Source: Octopus bimaculoides (Eukaryota). From it: DNA of 64,000 nucleotides. The stretch spans positions 150,657,405-150,721,404 of the forward strand of contig NC_068981.1 in assembly GCF_001194135.2 (NCBI RefSeq). The letters run 5' to 3'. Made by a program: the position numbers and the translations under genes. Numbering within the stretch: the first letter of the stretch is position 1; each line of letters opens with the position of its first letter. Below the pieces are notes generated by a model. The model did not search any database and was not told the origin of the DNA. It saw only the letters and a program-made list of their open reading frames with translations. Positions 63,946-64,000 of the stretch are shown piece by piece.

Positions 63946-64000
<55 letters not shown>

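Overview
AT-rich, microsatellite-dense eukaryotic DNA. The SINE/RTE/Penelope/Dong repertoire suggests a coleoid cephalopod, most likely Octopus (inference). It is a draft assembly with four N gaps. One protein-coding gene is supported, on the minus strand. Its first coding exon (CDS 23884-22920) splices in matching phase across a 13.7-kb intron to a second exon (9225-9045). The product is an unrecognised protein of at least 382 aa starting MGTCYSK (myristoylation/palmitoylation-type N-terminus), with a DSGIES degron-like motif and a coiled-coil-like end. Its 5'UTR exon(s) and last exon are not firmly located. The rest is mostly decayed mobile DNA: RTE, Dong/R4, CR1/Jockey-like and Penelope retroelements, several tRNA-derived SINE families (some in head-to-tail arrays), DD37D and mariner relics, and TTAA-flanked MITEs. 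The most unusual object is a 517-bp palindromic insertion (62777-63293) with a perfect 13-bp TSD. Each arm reads outward as a tRNA-like Pol III head, a microsatellite linker and a hammerhead-ribozyme-like motif. A near-intact minimal hammerhead also occurs at 34231-34270. Repeat boundaries were placed by eye and are approximate (about +/-10-20 nt) unless stated as exact.
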